Assembly: GCA_001599295.1 (NCBI GenBank)
Contig: BCGN01000002.1
Span: 1,612,001 to 1,676,000, forward strand
Direction: 5' to 3'
From: Sporopachydermia quercuum
Taxonomy: Eukaryota
Length of the DNA stretch: 64,000 nt
The notes under the pieces are model-generated. The model saw nothing but the letters and a program-made list of their open reading frames with translations. It was not told the DNA's origin and did not search any database. This document shows positions 11,563 to 23,326 of this stretch, piece after piece; positions within the stretch are counted from its first letter, which is position 1, and every line of letters begins with the position of its first letter. A program made the position numbers and the translations under genes.

Positions 11563-12338
11563 TACTCAATAGTCAGTTATTAATGAATATGAAATTTTAG
11601 TTCTGTCATACAGGTTTATAGGATTTGTAGTTTCTTGGTCTTGTAAATTGTTTGCCATTTCACTCCTTCTAAAAGAATCGCCAATATCAGATCCTGAAGT
11701 ATTTTTTGAATCGCCTGAAGGCCCAGCAAGTTGCCATTCTCATTCAGTAGTTCCAAACGGTTGTGTACATTATNATACTAAGTAACCGTAATATCTATTG
11801 TTGAAACGTAATATCTGAAGTGATTATCGAAGGATGTCAAATAGCAGTGAGAATTCATTATCTTAATATAAGAGAGACTCATTATTGCATCTTGTGGGAT
11901 TTTTGTATTATGGCATAGATCATGGCTATTATTACATGTATATATCATAGTGAGACATTAAGTTTTCTAAGCTTTTTGAACATGAAGTAACCCAGGTAAT
12001 AAGGCCTGTCACTCCACAGAACGATTATTTACCACTTTATCCTAGAATTCCAATAGAAGGAAGACAGAGGATAGTTAAATATAGTATTTTCCTAATCGGA
12101 AAATTTAGAGTAAGCAAATATACTTCTGTTGAGAGAAGACAAATTCGTGGATGGTGGACAACCAATGGTGGACACGATGAAAATGGTGGCATTACGCTGG
12201 CTTTTATTTCATTTTTACTTTGGTATGTTTTAGCATTTACTTAAAGCGATTGCTTACAGTTATATATATAATAACGGGACCTTGAACGGACATTGTCCCA
12301 TTAATTTTCATGGCCGGTAGACTAACTTATTTAGAGCA

Positions 12339-12665
12339 ATGAACTTCAGGGACCAGGTTTACGGAGTGACACGAAACATTCCTTACGGTAAAGTTTTGAC
12401 ATACGGTGATATTGCCCGTATCCTTGATAAGCCGAACAATGCGCGACATGTCGGACAAGCATTGAAGCAATTACCTGGATCTACAAGTTTACCTTGGTGG
12501 AGGGTTGTTGGTGTCAATGGTGTTTCATTACGAGGGAATGCAGGTTTAGAACAAGTCCGGAGATTAGGAGAGGAGAATATAGAAGTGCATGGTTGGAGTA
12601 TGAATGTCGAGTTGTATAGAGTTCGATCGACCGATATTAATATAGGTGAAACTGGGTATATATAA
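12339..12665 (+). CDS. ATL1: Alkyltransferase-like protein (ATL/Atl1/YbaZ family)
   Basis: IPYGKVLTYGDIA...ARHVG helix-turn-helix of the MGMT family; PWWRV replaces the catalytic PCHRV; 108 aa. Confidence 0.9.
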   Translation: MNFRDQVYGVTRNIPYGKVLTYGDIARILDKPNNARHVGQALKQLPGSTSLPWWRVVGVNGVSLRGNAGLEQVRRLGEENIEVHGWSMNVELYRVRSTDINIGETGYI

Positions 12666-12993
12666 AAGGACCAATACTAAATGGTGATAGCTCACGGACA
12701 TGATCTTACTTAGTACACTTGGTGTCGTTGATGTAGTCCGAATAGACCATTGTAAAAAGTTCTGTTTAAGTGGTTTGAAAATTTGTTTTTTATTCGATGG
12801 TTAGTCGCTCATTATTCACAGATAGCCTACTGTAACTCCATTCTATTCCTAGAATGCCCATACAATCCTGAACCCACAATTCTACCTCTACAAATCAAAT
12901 TAATGCTGAGATTTATCAAATTACAGCAAATCCTTCATTATATTTATACAGACATAGCTGAGGGTTGTTTTTGAACAAATGATATAATGTAAC

Positions 12994-13271
12994 TTAGATG
13001 CCCAACTTGGTTCTTCTCCAGTGTCTTCTCTTAGCGTTGTATCTAATGGTGTTGTCAGTCTTGAGACGGAACCATTGAGGAATTTGTCTGTTCTGCTTTT
13101 GAGCCTTGGCCAACTTGACCTTTGTTCTGAATGACTTATTGCTCTACATAGTTTGTTAGTAACTTGTCCCAATATCTCCCTGACTTTAATACAGGGGCAC
13201 TTCACAATTCGAAAGCATCTAGCCTTTTTTCTTGTATCACTCTTCCTCCATCATCATGTACATACAGGCAT
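12994..13271 (-). CDS. RPL39: 60S ribosomal protein eL39; exons 13266-13271 and 12994-13143 (absent from ORF track)
   Basis: Spliced 51-aa product [51 protein letters not shown]; intron 13144-13265 GTATGT...TACTAAC...TAG. Confidence 0.97.
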
Positions 13272-13894
13272 AGTGAATAGTTATTGCTTAACTTTTGATG
13301 TGTTGATCAGAAGATAATTCAAACAATAATCTTTGCTATTAGGTAAGTATATATTGAAGTCGTCGTCAAATATGTATATCACTAAGGAAAAATATGAGTC
13401 CTCTTCCTGTTAGTCTCTCACNAGCTTCCAAGGTTGACAAGTGAATTAATGAGAGCATGGAAAACAAAGAGGAACATTGTGCGTGGGTTTGTCTTTTCTG
13501 GAGTGAAAATGGTTAGCCAATACTTAATAACAGTCACAACACGTGAAGTAACTAAGGTGTCCTCATAATGGTTTATATTTTNTTATGGTTGTGACGTGCA
13601 TTACCAAACTAGGATATATGTCTTACGTGAAGTGAAGTGAAGTATCTCAGTATTTATAAATAATTAATATTTTCAAATGACGCATTAAATTGTAAGTGGT
13701 TCCTCACTATGTGAGGGCGGAGTTTGGGTGTTGGTTGAACAAACTATCAAATCTTCGAAGGAGAAGGACTCAGGTTTTCTTTTCACGCACTTGATAACTA
13801 CCATTCTTTCTATATGATTAGTGCAATAGACGATAGTGAAGGTCAATAGTCTTTTTGAATATTTTCATCAACTACAGACCAAATACATTTCAAG
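13272..13894. promoter_or_regulatory. Bidirectional RPL39/RPS14 promoter
   Basis: Divergent RP genes. AGGACTCA at 13395-13402 (-) and 13765-13772 (+); Homol D box CAGTCACA at 13531-13538 next to CACGTG at 13540-13545; inverted GTTGTGAC at 13588-13595. Confidence 0.8.
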
Positions 13895-14766
13895 ATGGCT
13901 CCAAAGACTGGTATGTGCATAAAAGAGAATATAATTAATACAAAGGAGATATTCATTGATCAATAAGCAGTTANGGCAGGTGATGTTTGTTGAATGTAGG
14001 AGTTACTGAAGGAGAAGATTTATACCGAGCGACAAATAAAGTGTAATAAACAGGTCAACCTATGAGAGTAGTTAATCAACAAGTTATAAGGAAGTTCTGG
14101 AGTTGTTGAAATTTGAGACGAAATGACCCTTCCGTCGAATGTTATTGAAGGAATTGTTTATCAGCAATACAAAGCTGAAAAAAGATCACTAGAAAGCAAC
14201 TAAACCATTCAACGTTTCTTCTATGATCTAGTTGTATAATCAACAAACATCGGTGTGAAAATGCGAAAAGCCATTTTGGGCGTTGAATATTTCCTAGTAC
14301 GATTTGTTATCATTAGTTTTACCGTATCTCATGTACTAACTTATTAGAAAACGTTACCTTAGGCCCACAATCCCGTGATGGCAGCCAAGTTTTTGGCGTT
14401 GCTAGAATTTTTGCTTCTTTCAACGATACCTTTGTTCACGTTACTGATTTATCAGGACGTGAAACCATCTCTCGCGTTACCGGTGGTATGAAGGTCAAGG
14501 CCGACAGAGATGAATCATCTCCTTACGCTGCTATGTTGGCTGCCCAAGATGTTGCCGTTAAATGCAAGGAAGTTGGAATTACTGCTGTTCACATCAAAAT
14601 CAGAGCTACTGGTGGTACCGGTACCAAGACTCCTGGTCCTGGTGGTCAATCAGCCTTGAGAGCTTTGGCTAGATCTGGTCTCCGAATTGGTCGTATTGAA
14701 GATGTTACCCCAATTCCTTCAGACTCTACTAGAAGAAAGGGTGGTAGAAGAGGTAGAAGACTTTGA
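13895..14766 (+). CDS. RPS14: 40S ribosomal protein uS11 (S14); exons 13895-13910 and 14348-14766
   Basis: [45 protein letters not shown]...GGRRGRRL; intron 13911-14347 GTATGT...TACTAAC...TAG. Confidence 0.97.
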
Positions 14767-16049
14767 TTATCGCGTTTGTATTCATGCATTGGGTGTTTTA
14801 ATATCTTTAGATTTATATGTAATGCCATAAGTTAGTCTTTTAATCTCTAATGAAAAACTTTTAGTCAATTATCTTTTCGGTCAAGTATTGTAACATTCAG
14901 AATCTCAGCGGAAGACCTGCTTGAATCAGTTTGCATTTTTATTGAAGTTTGCTTTCTTTCATTTCTACACACTAAGTCTGTTTATAATTTTATCCCTGTT
15001 GGCTTGTTCTCCATTGTTCTTAAGTTTCTTCTCGCGTTTGAAGCTCAGATAGTAAGTCGTAGTATAATGAGGTATAATTAGTATACTTTTTAGCTACCAA
15101 ATAAATGTTATGGTAATCATTATCCTTATCATACAAAATACGAACTCAAGTCAAAGAAGTTATTCTTTTCCGGTGAGATTACTGATATCCTCGTACTAAA
15201 GACTGCTCTTATACTTCTGCTACTATAAACATTCTTCTCCCCATATATTGCAGTACTATATCATTTTTCAGTACATATTATTTATAGTACTCCAAATACT
15301 CCTAGTTTTCTTCCTTCTAATCGCTTGATGCATAGGCTATCTACCCTTGATGTCTCAGTACCCTTTCAAAATAAAATTAAAGTTAAAGTCCCATCTTAAA
15401 CCTTAATCCCGAAAATATGCATGAAGATTGCATAACCAGAACAACTCTGTTCGGAACACTGTTTCATGGTGCTCCTGGTAAACAGGAAAAATAATTAACA
15501 CTTCATACTTCTTGTAAGGGAGCGCTATATAGTCGCACTTTGTGACCGAATTGTTTCGACAGAAGATGGACTGTGGATTAGTCATCTTGTTGAACGAAAT
15601 AGAAAACCGATATTTGAATATGACTGTTTATGTTTCATTATTGATAAGTGATTGATCTGGTGCTCATCGCGTTTTGAATTGATAAAGAAGTACGCTTGAC
15701 ATCAGTGAATTATTAGAAACGATAATAGCTGTTCTACCGATTAAATTTACACTTTAGAAAACCGTGTCAATTTGAGAATCAGTTTGATAGTCATTAACTA
15801 TTTGTCAGGGATCAAAATACTCTTTTATACTCTTATTTCAAATTCCTTCTCCGGCACGTGAATCCATTCTTATCATAAGCAGATTTGTAGATTCGCACAA
15901 CAATAAAATCGAACCAAGTATATCAAACATTTCTTTTTGAAAAAAGCATAGCCTTAATTTTTGGAAGGATTTTTTAATACATTTGATCAGTGTATTATCT
16001 ATAATATTTTTTGTTCCCTGGTCACTTTCAATCAGCTTCATAAGTCAAG

Positions 16050-19000
16050 ATGGCACCCTCTTTGACATCCTCGGTGCCAGCTACGCCATCAACAGCCTTA
16101 TCTACAAATACTACAAGAACGAACACACCTGTTCATAATTTTGTTGAACCTCCATTTGAATCTTTAGAAGACAAGCAGAATAAATATTTACTACCGAAAG
16201 ATTGGAAGAAAAGCTCAAACAATGACTTGGAAGATTCTAAGAAGCGTTTCAAATACCTCCTGGGCTTGACTGATTTATTTCGTCATTTCATTGAGGTAAG
16301 TAAGGATCCCAAACTACGGAATATTGTGGCTGAGTTGGATGAACAATCCAATTCAGGATCACTTCAAACTAAACGAAAAAGCCGAAGGAGTTCCCAAGCT
16401 CAACGAAATAGTAATAACACATCCAGCCGCAGGAGAAAGACTGAACGGGAAGAGGATGAAGAATTGATTCATGAAGAAGAAGATGATGAATACGGGCAAC
16501 CAACAATTGTGACTGAGTCTCCTGCATATATTAATGGAAAGTTACGAGAGTATCAGATTCAAGGTTTAAATTGGTTGATATCTTTACATGAAAACCAGTT
16601 ATCTGGTATTTTGGCTGATGAAATGGGTTTGGGAAAGACCTTACAGACTATTTCATTTCTAGGCTATCTACGATACACAAGGGGTATATCAGGTCCATTT
16701 ATTGTGATTGTTCCTAAATCAACATTGGACAACTGGCGCCGAGAGTTCAAGAAATGGACACCTAATGTTAATACATTGGTATTACAAGGAGATAAAAATG
16801 CACGTGCAGATCTAATTAGCCAAAGATTACTGACCTGTGATTTTGACGTTTGCATTTGTTCATTTGAAATGGTTATCAGAGAGAAAGCGCAACTAAAGAA
16901 GATTGCCTGGAATTATTTAATTGTTGACGAAGCCCATAGAATTAAGAATGAGAGTTCGGCACTATCTCAAATCATTCGTCTATTCTATTCGAAATATAGA
17001 CTACTCATAACTGGTACACCTTTACAGAACAACTTACATGAATTATGGGCACTGTTGAACTTTTTACTACCAGATATTTTTGGAGATTCTGAGGTATTTG
17101 ATCAATGGTTTGAGAGTCAAGAGAATGATCAAGATTTGGTCGTGAAACAACTTCATAAAGTTCTATCACCATTTTTACTACGAAGAGTGAAATCAGATGT
17201 TGAGAAATCGTTGTTACCAAAGAAGGAAGTCAATCTGTTTGTCGGTATGAGTGAAATGCAAGTTAAATGGTATCGGAAACTTTTGGAAAAAGACATTGAT
17301 GCAGTAAATGGTGCCATTGGTAAACGTGAAGGGAAAACCAGATTGCTGAATATAGTTATGCAACTAAGAAAATGCTGTAATCATCCTTATCTTTTTGAAG
17401 GAGCCGAGCCTGGACCACCATTTACAACGGATGAGCATTTAGTTGCTAATGCTGGGAAAATGGTAATTCTTGACAAGCTTTTGAGAAAATTGAAAGCTAA
17501 TGGATCGCGTGTGTTGATCTTTTCTCAGATGTCTAGAATGCTGGACATATTAGAAGATTATTGTTTCCTCAGAGATTATGAATACTGTAGAATTGATGGT
17601 TCTACTGATCATGAGGATAGAATAGCTGCTATTGATGAATTCAATAAACCCGGATCAGAGCAGTTTATATTTCTGTTGACTACTAGAGCTGGTGGATTAG
17701 GTATCAATTTGACCACCGCTGATACAGTTGTTTTGTACGATTCAGATTGGAATCCACAAGCTGATTTACAAGCTATGGATAGAGCACACAGAATTGGTCA
17801 AACCAAACAAGTGTACGTTTTCCGATTTATTACTGAGAATGCAATTGAGGAAAAAGTTCTCGAAAGAGCTACTCAAAAGTTACGTTTAGACCAACTGGTT
17901 ATCCAGCAAGGAAGAGCTAGCGTTGGTAATGGAAATGCCAAGGAGACAAGTACTGCAACTAACAAAGATGCACTTCTATCAATGATCCAACATGGTGCCA
18001 AGCAATTGTTTGAATCGACTGGTGGCGGTACTTTGGTGGATGATGATATAGATACTATTCTCAAAAAGGGTGAAGAGCGTACCAAGAAATTGAATGACCG
18101 TTATTTGAAGCTTGGAATTGATGATCTTCAAAAATTTACCTCTGATTCAAATGCCTATGAATGGAATGGTCAGGATTTTACAAAAGTTGCAAAAGAAGGA
18201 TCTGAAAGAATGAAGTTTTGGATCAATCCTAGTAAAAGAGAAAGGAAAGAACATGCATATTCCATTGACAATTATTATAAAGATGTTTTGGCATCTTCTA
18301 TGACTAATGCAGGATCTAAGAAGCCAAGAGCACCTAAAAATTTAATGGGACAAGATCATCAATTCTTTCCTCCAGAACTTAAAGAATTATATGAGAAAGA
18401 AATGCTGAATTATAGACGTGTCATTGGTAACAGATTTTCAGGCAATGAAGTCACCGAAGAGCAAATACAGAAGGAAGGAAAATCTCGTGATTCAATCCGG
18501 CGAAGAGAACAGAAACGAATAGATGAGAGTGTACCGTTGACAGAAGAAGAAGAAGAACGTAAAGCTGAGTTGTCAAAACAAGGATTTTCTAATTGGACTA
18601 GACGTGATTTCTTAACATTTGTTCATGCTGTTGGTAAATATGGAAGAGAGTCTTTTGATTTGATGGTGAATGAATTCAGTGATAAAAGTCAAAAAGATAT
18701 TGAAGACTATGCTAAAGTGTTTTGGGAGAGATACAAAGAAATTGAAGGGTATGAGAAATATATTGCTCAAATCGAGGCAAATGAGAAGAAAGCTAAGAAG
18801 CTTCTTTTACAGCAACAACTTTTAAAGCAAAAAATTGCTCAATATCGCGCTCCCCTAACTGAATTTAACGTCACTTATCCTCAGAATAACTCTAAGCGTA
18901 CTTATACTAAGGATGCTGACAGATTCATTTTGGTGCAAGTAAATAAATACGGATTGCTATCGCAGAATGTCTGGGATAGGATAAAGAATGATATCAGGAA

Positions 19001-19322
19001 GTCTAAAGACTTCAAATTTGATTGGTACTTCCAATCTCGTACTCCTGTTGAGTTATCACGAAGGTGTAACACTTTATTGTTGGCAGTTACTCGAGAGTTC
19101 GAAGGACCAAATGCAATGAAACGGAAGTCAGGCCCTAAGTACAGCAAAGACAAAGAAAAGGAAAAAGAGAAAAGTAAAGAGATTTCTACTTTAGAAGATA
19201 ATCATGCTTTGGTTTTTGAACCGACAACTGGGAGGGGCAAACGAAAAGCTGAAAGCGTTGAATCGGCAGAAGAGAAACCTTTACCAAGAAAAAGAACAAG
19301 GAGAAGTGAAAAATTGGTGTAA
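16050..19322 (+). CDS. ISW2: ISWI-family chromatin remodelling ATPase, Isw2-like
   Basis: SNF2 motifs ([25 protein letters not shown]), [34 protein letters not shown], and a C-terminal HAND-SANT-SLIDE region. Confidence 0.92.
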   Translation: MAPSLTSSVPATPSTALSTNTTRTNTPVHNFVEPPFESLEDKQNKYLLPKDWKKSSNNDLEDSKKRFKYLLGLTDLFRHFIEVSKDPKLRNIVAELDEQSNSGSLQTKRKSRRSSQAQRNSNNTSSRRRKTEREEDEELIHEEEDDEYGQPTIVTESPAYINGKLREYQIQGLNWLISLHENQLSGILADEMGLGKTLQTISFLGYLRYTRGISGPFIVIVPKSTLDNWRREFKKWTPNVNTLVLQGDKNARADLISQRLLTCDFDVCICSFEMVIREKAQLKKIAWNYLIVDEAHRIKNESSALSQIIRLFYSKYRLLITGTPLQNNLHELWALLNFLLPDIFGDSEVFDQWFESQENDQDLVVKQLHKVLSPFLLRRVKSDVEKSLLPKKEVNLFVGMSEMQVKWYRKLLEKDIDAVNGAIGKREGKTRLLNIVMQLRKCCNHPYLFEGAEPGPPFTTDEHLVANAGKMVILDKLLRKLKANGSRVLIFSQMSRMLDILEDYCFLRDYEYCRIDGSTDHEDRIAAIDEFNKPGSEQFIFLLTTRAGGLGINLTTADTVVLYDSDWNPQADLQAMDRAHRIGQTKQVYVFRFITENAIEEKVLERATQKLRLDQLVIQQGRASVGNGNAKETSTATNKDALLSMIQHGAKQLFESTGGGTLVDDDIDTILKKGEERTKKLNDRYLKLGIDDLQKFTSDSNAYEWNGQDFTKVAKEGSERMKFWINPSKRERKEHAYSIDNYYKDVLASSMTNAGSKKPRAPKNLMGQDHQFFPPELKELYEKEMLNYRRVIGNRFSGNEVTEEQIQKEGKSRDSIRRREQKRIDESVPLTEEEEERKAELSKQGFSNWTRRDFLTFVHAVGKYGRESFDLMVNEFSDKSQKDIEDYAKVFWERYKEIEGYEKYIAQIEANEKKAKKLLLQQQLLKQKIAQYRAPLTEFNVTYPQNNSKRTYTKDADRFILVQVNKYGLLSQNVWDRIKNDIRKSKDFKFDWYFQSRTPVELSRRCNTLLLAVTREFEGPNAMKRKSGPKYSKDKEKEKEKSKEISTLEDNHALVFEPTTGRGKRKAESVESAEEKPLPRKRTRRSEKLV

Positions 19323-19415
19323 GATATACTCATAAATGATAAATATAGGTGTATTATAGATGATAATATTAGTTTAACATATATTTTGACAATGCCCTTC
19401 CTCAAGTGAAATAAC

Positions 19416-19442
19416 ATATATATATATATATATATATATATA
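19416..19442. repeat. (AT)13 microsatellite downstream of ISW2
   Basis: Directly visible. Confidence 0.95.
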
Positions 19443-19523
19443 AGCGAATAGATAATAATCCATCTTTAGAGAGTTTGATCATACCCAAGCTAATTCCTTT
19501 ATCTCACATAATAATCACTTCTT

Positions 19524-19547
19524 AACCTCAACCTCAACCTCAACCTC
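19524..19547. repeat. (AACCTC)4 short tandem repeat
   Basis: Directly visible. Confidence 0.85.
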
Positions 19548-20694
19548 AAACATACTTATCTGTCTCATCTTATCTTCATTTTTTATCTTCATCGTTCATC
19601 ATTCACCTATTCATTATCTCCTATATTATCATCAATTGTTAACGATTACATAAGCATAATATGAAATGCTCAGATATCCGCCATGTTCTCTGTTTCCCGC
19701 GTAATTTGAGTAACCAATCAAAGCCTGGTTGATAAAGCTGATTCATAACATCAAGTCTCATTACAAGTGATGTCACTTCAAAAATGGACGAATTGGGGGA
19801 GTTGAATTTATCCATCAATCCCTATAAATCAATGTTCACCATATGTATTGCTACTTTGAAGAGCGAAGATCTATAGCCAATTAAAATATAAGTCACTTTA
19901 AAGATAAATTCTAACAATTTCTGCTATATTCAGCTGATAAATTCGTCCATTCTCCTTAATTTCTTACCCCCACATTCTCTACATGTAATTATAGCATCTT
20001 GCATAATTCTTGCATATCTCTACAGTGAACATAGAAAATTACCGCTTTTTCTATAGGCTGTCGAATAATTTGTGAGGAACCAAGTAAAATTAAAGATTGA
20101 CCTGATTTGTTGTGGGTTCCTTTCTTATAACGAAAGGAATTTATATAGAAAAGAAAAGGTAACTTAGGATGGAAAGAGAACATCTACAACATTCTACTTG
20201 AATAAGAANGTATTCAATTTATTTGATTAAAATATTGGAATTTTTTGAATCACAGATTTCCAATAGTATTGCGTATATTCAGCAGAAGGGGTATTTAAAC
20301 TGCGACCTCGAGACCTGAATTGAATACCTGTTAGTTGAGTAAAGGAAAAGGTACAGTCTCAACCTTCTTCTCATACTAGAATCATCTGGAGGACACGATA
20401 AAGTCAGCAATAATAAGTTGGTTTTTTCCAGTTGAATCTCAACATAACAATTCATTATATCGGATTCTCAACTATTGGAAGAAAGACGGTTGTCATTTCA
20501 ATCTTTTTGCATATTGTGGTCACTATAGACTGAGAAGCTTCAAGCTCGTTACTTGCGTCTGGAACTAATTGAGATTCATCGATAAGTAGTCCATCAAAGA
20601 ACGTCGAATTTGATACCATTGGCTTGTTTCATAAGACTTCAAGAATTTCAGCCAAAGTAAGCAGAAACCTCATCCACAATCATATATCATCATA

Positions 20695-22881
20695 ATGCTT
20701 TCTGTCAAATCTGTTTTGAGAGCTAGCAGAGCTCAAAGTTCCATAATATCAAGATCCTTCTCTAATACAGCTATCAAATGTGCCGATGTTGAAGTGACAA
20801 TCGATGGCATAAAGGTAACCGTTCCAGCTGGATCTGCTGTGATTCAAGCTTGTGAGCAAGCTGGTGTCACTGTACCAAGATACTGCTATCATGAAAAGTT
20901 AGCTATTGCTGGTAATTGCAGAATGTGTTTAGTTGATATTGAAAGATCTCCAAAGATGGCTGCATCGTGTTCTTTCCCTGTTGCTAATGGTATGGTTGTT
21001 CATACAAATACTGAGAGAGTTAAGAAAGCTAGAGAAGGTGTGACTGAAATGATTTTAGCTAATCATCCATTAGATTGTCCAGTATGCGATCAAGGTGGTG
21101 AATGTGATCTTCAAGATCAATCGTTAAGGTACGGTAGTGATAGAGGTAGATTCAACGAAATTGTTGGTAAGAGAGCTGTTGAAGATAAGGATATTGGTCC
21201 TCTAGTCAAAACTTCAATGAATAGGTGTATTCAATGTACCCGTTGTGTAAGATTTATGAATGATGTTGCAGGTGCTCCTGAATTTGGTACTTCTGGTAGA
21301 GGTAACGATATGCAAATAGGAACTTATCTTTCTCGTAATATCAACACAGAACTTTCTGGTAACATTGTCGATTTATGTCCAGTTGGTGCCCTCACATCCA
21401 AACCCTATGCTTTCAGAGCCAGACCATGGGAGCTAAAGAAGACTGAATCTATTGATGTTTTAGATGCTGTTGGATCAAATATTAGAGTTGATTCTCGTGG
21501 TGTTGAAGTCATGAGAGTTTTACCTAGACTTAATGATGATGTGAATGAAGAATGGCTTTCTGATAAATCTAGATATGCTATTGATGGGTTGAAGACTCAA
21601 AGACTTACTACTCCTTTGATCCGTAGTGGTGATAGATTTGAAGCTGCTACTTGGGATCAAGCTTTATCAACTATTGCTTCAGCCTATAACAAGCTTAATG
21701 TTAAGGATAATGAATTCAAAGCTGTTGCTGGTGCCTTAGTTGATGTCGAGTCATTGGTTGCTCTTAAGGATTTAGCCAACGCATTAGGTTCAGAAAACCT
21801 CACCACTGATGAATCTCATACCGTTCCCGCTCATGGAGTTGATTTCAGAACATCATATACGTTTAATTCTACCATCAACGGCATTGAAGAAACAGACCAA
21901 ATCTTATTAGTTGGTACCAACCCAAGGTTTGAAGCTTCTCTTATTAATGCTAGAATTAGAAAACATTTCTTGAATGCGGATGTTGAAATTTCATTAGTTG
22001 GCGAAGAATTTGATTCTACATTCTGGGTTAATCATTTAGGAACATCTTTCAAGGATTTGAAGAAGGCTTTAGGTGGTGAATTAGGTAAGAAATTATCTGG
22101 TGCCTCTAAGCCAATGATTATTGTCGGCTCAGCAGTTGCTGATCATCCAGATTCAAAGGCCATTTACAACCTATTATCCAAGTTTGTCTCAGACAATGGA
22201 AATTTCTTGAATGAAGAATGGAATGGATATAACGTTTTACAGAGAGAAGCTTCAAGAACTGGTGCATTGGATGTTGGATTTGCTACACCAAGTGAAGAAG
22301 TTGCTAGCACACAACCTAAGATGATCTATCTACTTGGTGCTGATGAAGTCACCAATAGCGATATTCCAAGAGATGCATTTGTTATTTATCAAGGTCACCA
22401 TGGTGATTTAGGTGCGTCATTTGCTGATGTTATTTTACCAGGAGCTGCCTATACTGAACAAGCCGCCACATATGTCAACACAGAAGGACGTGTACAGGCT
22501 ACACGAGCAGCTGTTGGACCCCCAGGAGTTGCCAGAGAAAACTGGACCATTATTAGAGCTCTTTCTGAATACCTATCAACACCATTACCTTATGAAGATA
22601 TATACGAATTGAAGGGTAGAATAAATGACGTGGCCCCTCATTTAGTCCGGCAGGATTCTATCGAAAGACCATCATCTGAATTAGCTAAATTGGCATTAGC
22701 AGCTTTACAAAGTGCCAATAGTAAAGCAAAGGCTACAGATGCACCTTTGACCAACCCTATCAAAAATTACTACTTTACTGATGTCATTTCAAGATCTTCG
22801 TCTACAATGGCGAAATGTGTTCAAAGGTTTGGTGAAACGAACGGTAAGGATGGAATTGAACATATTGCTGCATCTGCTTAG
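20695..22881 (+). CDS. NUAM: NADH:ubiquinone oxidoreductase (complex I) 75-kDa Fe-S subunit, NDUFS1/NUAM orthologue
   Basis: Presequence; Fe-S motifs PRYCYHEKLAIAGNCRMC, HPLDCPVCDQGGECDLQ, RCIQCTRCVRF and DLCPVGAL. Confidence 0.97.
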   Translation: MLSVKSVLRASRAQSSIISRSFSNTAIKCADVEVTIDGIKVTVPAGSAVIQACEQAGVTVPRYCYHEKLAIAGNCRMCLVDIERSPKMAASCSFPVANGMVVHTNTERVKKAREGVTEMILANHPLDCPVCDQGGECDLQDQSLRYGSDRGRFNEIVGKRAVEDKDIGPLVKTSMNRCIQCTRCVRFMNDVAGAPEFGTSGRGNDMQIGTYLSRNINTELSGNIVDLCPVGALTSKPYAFRARPWELKKTESIDVLDAVGSNIRVDSRGVEVMRVLPRLNDDVNEEWLSDKSRYAIDGLKTQRLTTPLIRSGDRFEAATWDQALSTIASAYNKLNVKDNEFKAVAGALVDVESLVALKDLANALGSENLTTDESHTVPAHGVDFRTSYTFNSTINGIEETDQILLVGTNPRFEASLINARIRKHFLNADVEISLVGEEFDSTFWVNHLGTSFKDLKKALGGELGKKLSGASKPMIIVGSAVADHPDSKAIYNLLSKFVSDNGNFLNEEWNGYNVLQREASRTGALDVGFATPSEEVASTQPKMIYLLGADEVTNSDIPRDAFVIYQGHHGDLGASFADVILPGAAYTEQAATYVNTEGRVQATRAAVGPPGVARENWTIIRALSEYLSTPLPYEDIYELKGRINDVAPHLVRQDSIERPSSELAKLALAALQSANSKAKATDAPLTNPIKNYYFTDVISRSSSTMAKCVQRFGETNGKDGIEHIAASA

Positions 22882-23326
22882 AGAATTAAGTTACATAAAT
22901 AGAGAATACTGTTTTTATCATCGTATTAGTTAGTACTTTGGGCATTTTCATTTCTTTTCCATCATCGTGTTTCTTTTTCCTAATATTTTATATTTATTAT
23001 TCTTTTGGTATTAATATTTCCATTATTTATGCATAGCTGATTTGTTCTGCTTGTCGGTGTTTCATTTTCGTTTTCATTTTCATATTTATATTTATATACA
23101 TAATTTTATATTTTGTTTATTATATTCATGACTTTGAAGTAAATAAATTTATTGCAGTAGAGAATCGCTGAAATATCGGACCTGTATGATGATAGACTTA
23201 GCAAGAGTCAGCACATCTGGTTGTGTTTTACATGTAAGAATAGATCTTGACGGTCTTTTTATTACTATGCTTATATGATATATATGTATGTGTATATATT
23301 ATTAGGATTATTATTTATTTACATAG

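Noticed and set aside
12921..13205. 94-aa ORF-track entry
   Set aside because: Wrong frame; the real gene on this strand is the spliced RPL39.
19524..19547. (AACCTC)4 as an interstitial telomere repeat
   Set aside because: Only four units, and the telomere repeat of the species is unknown.
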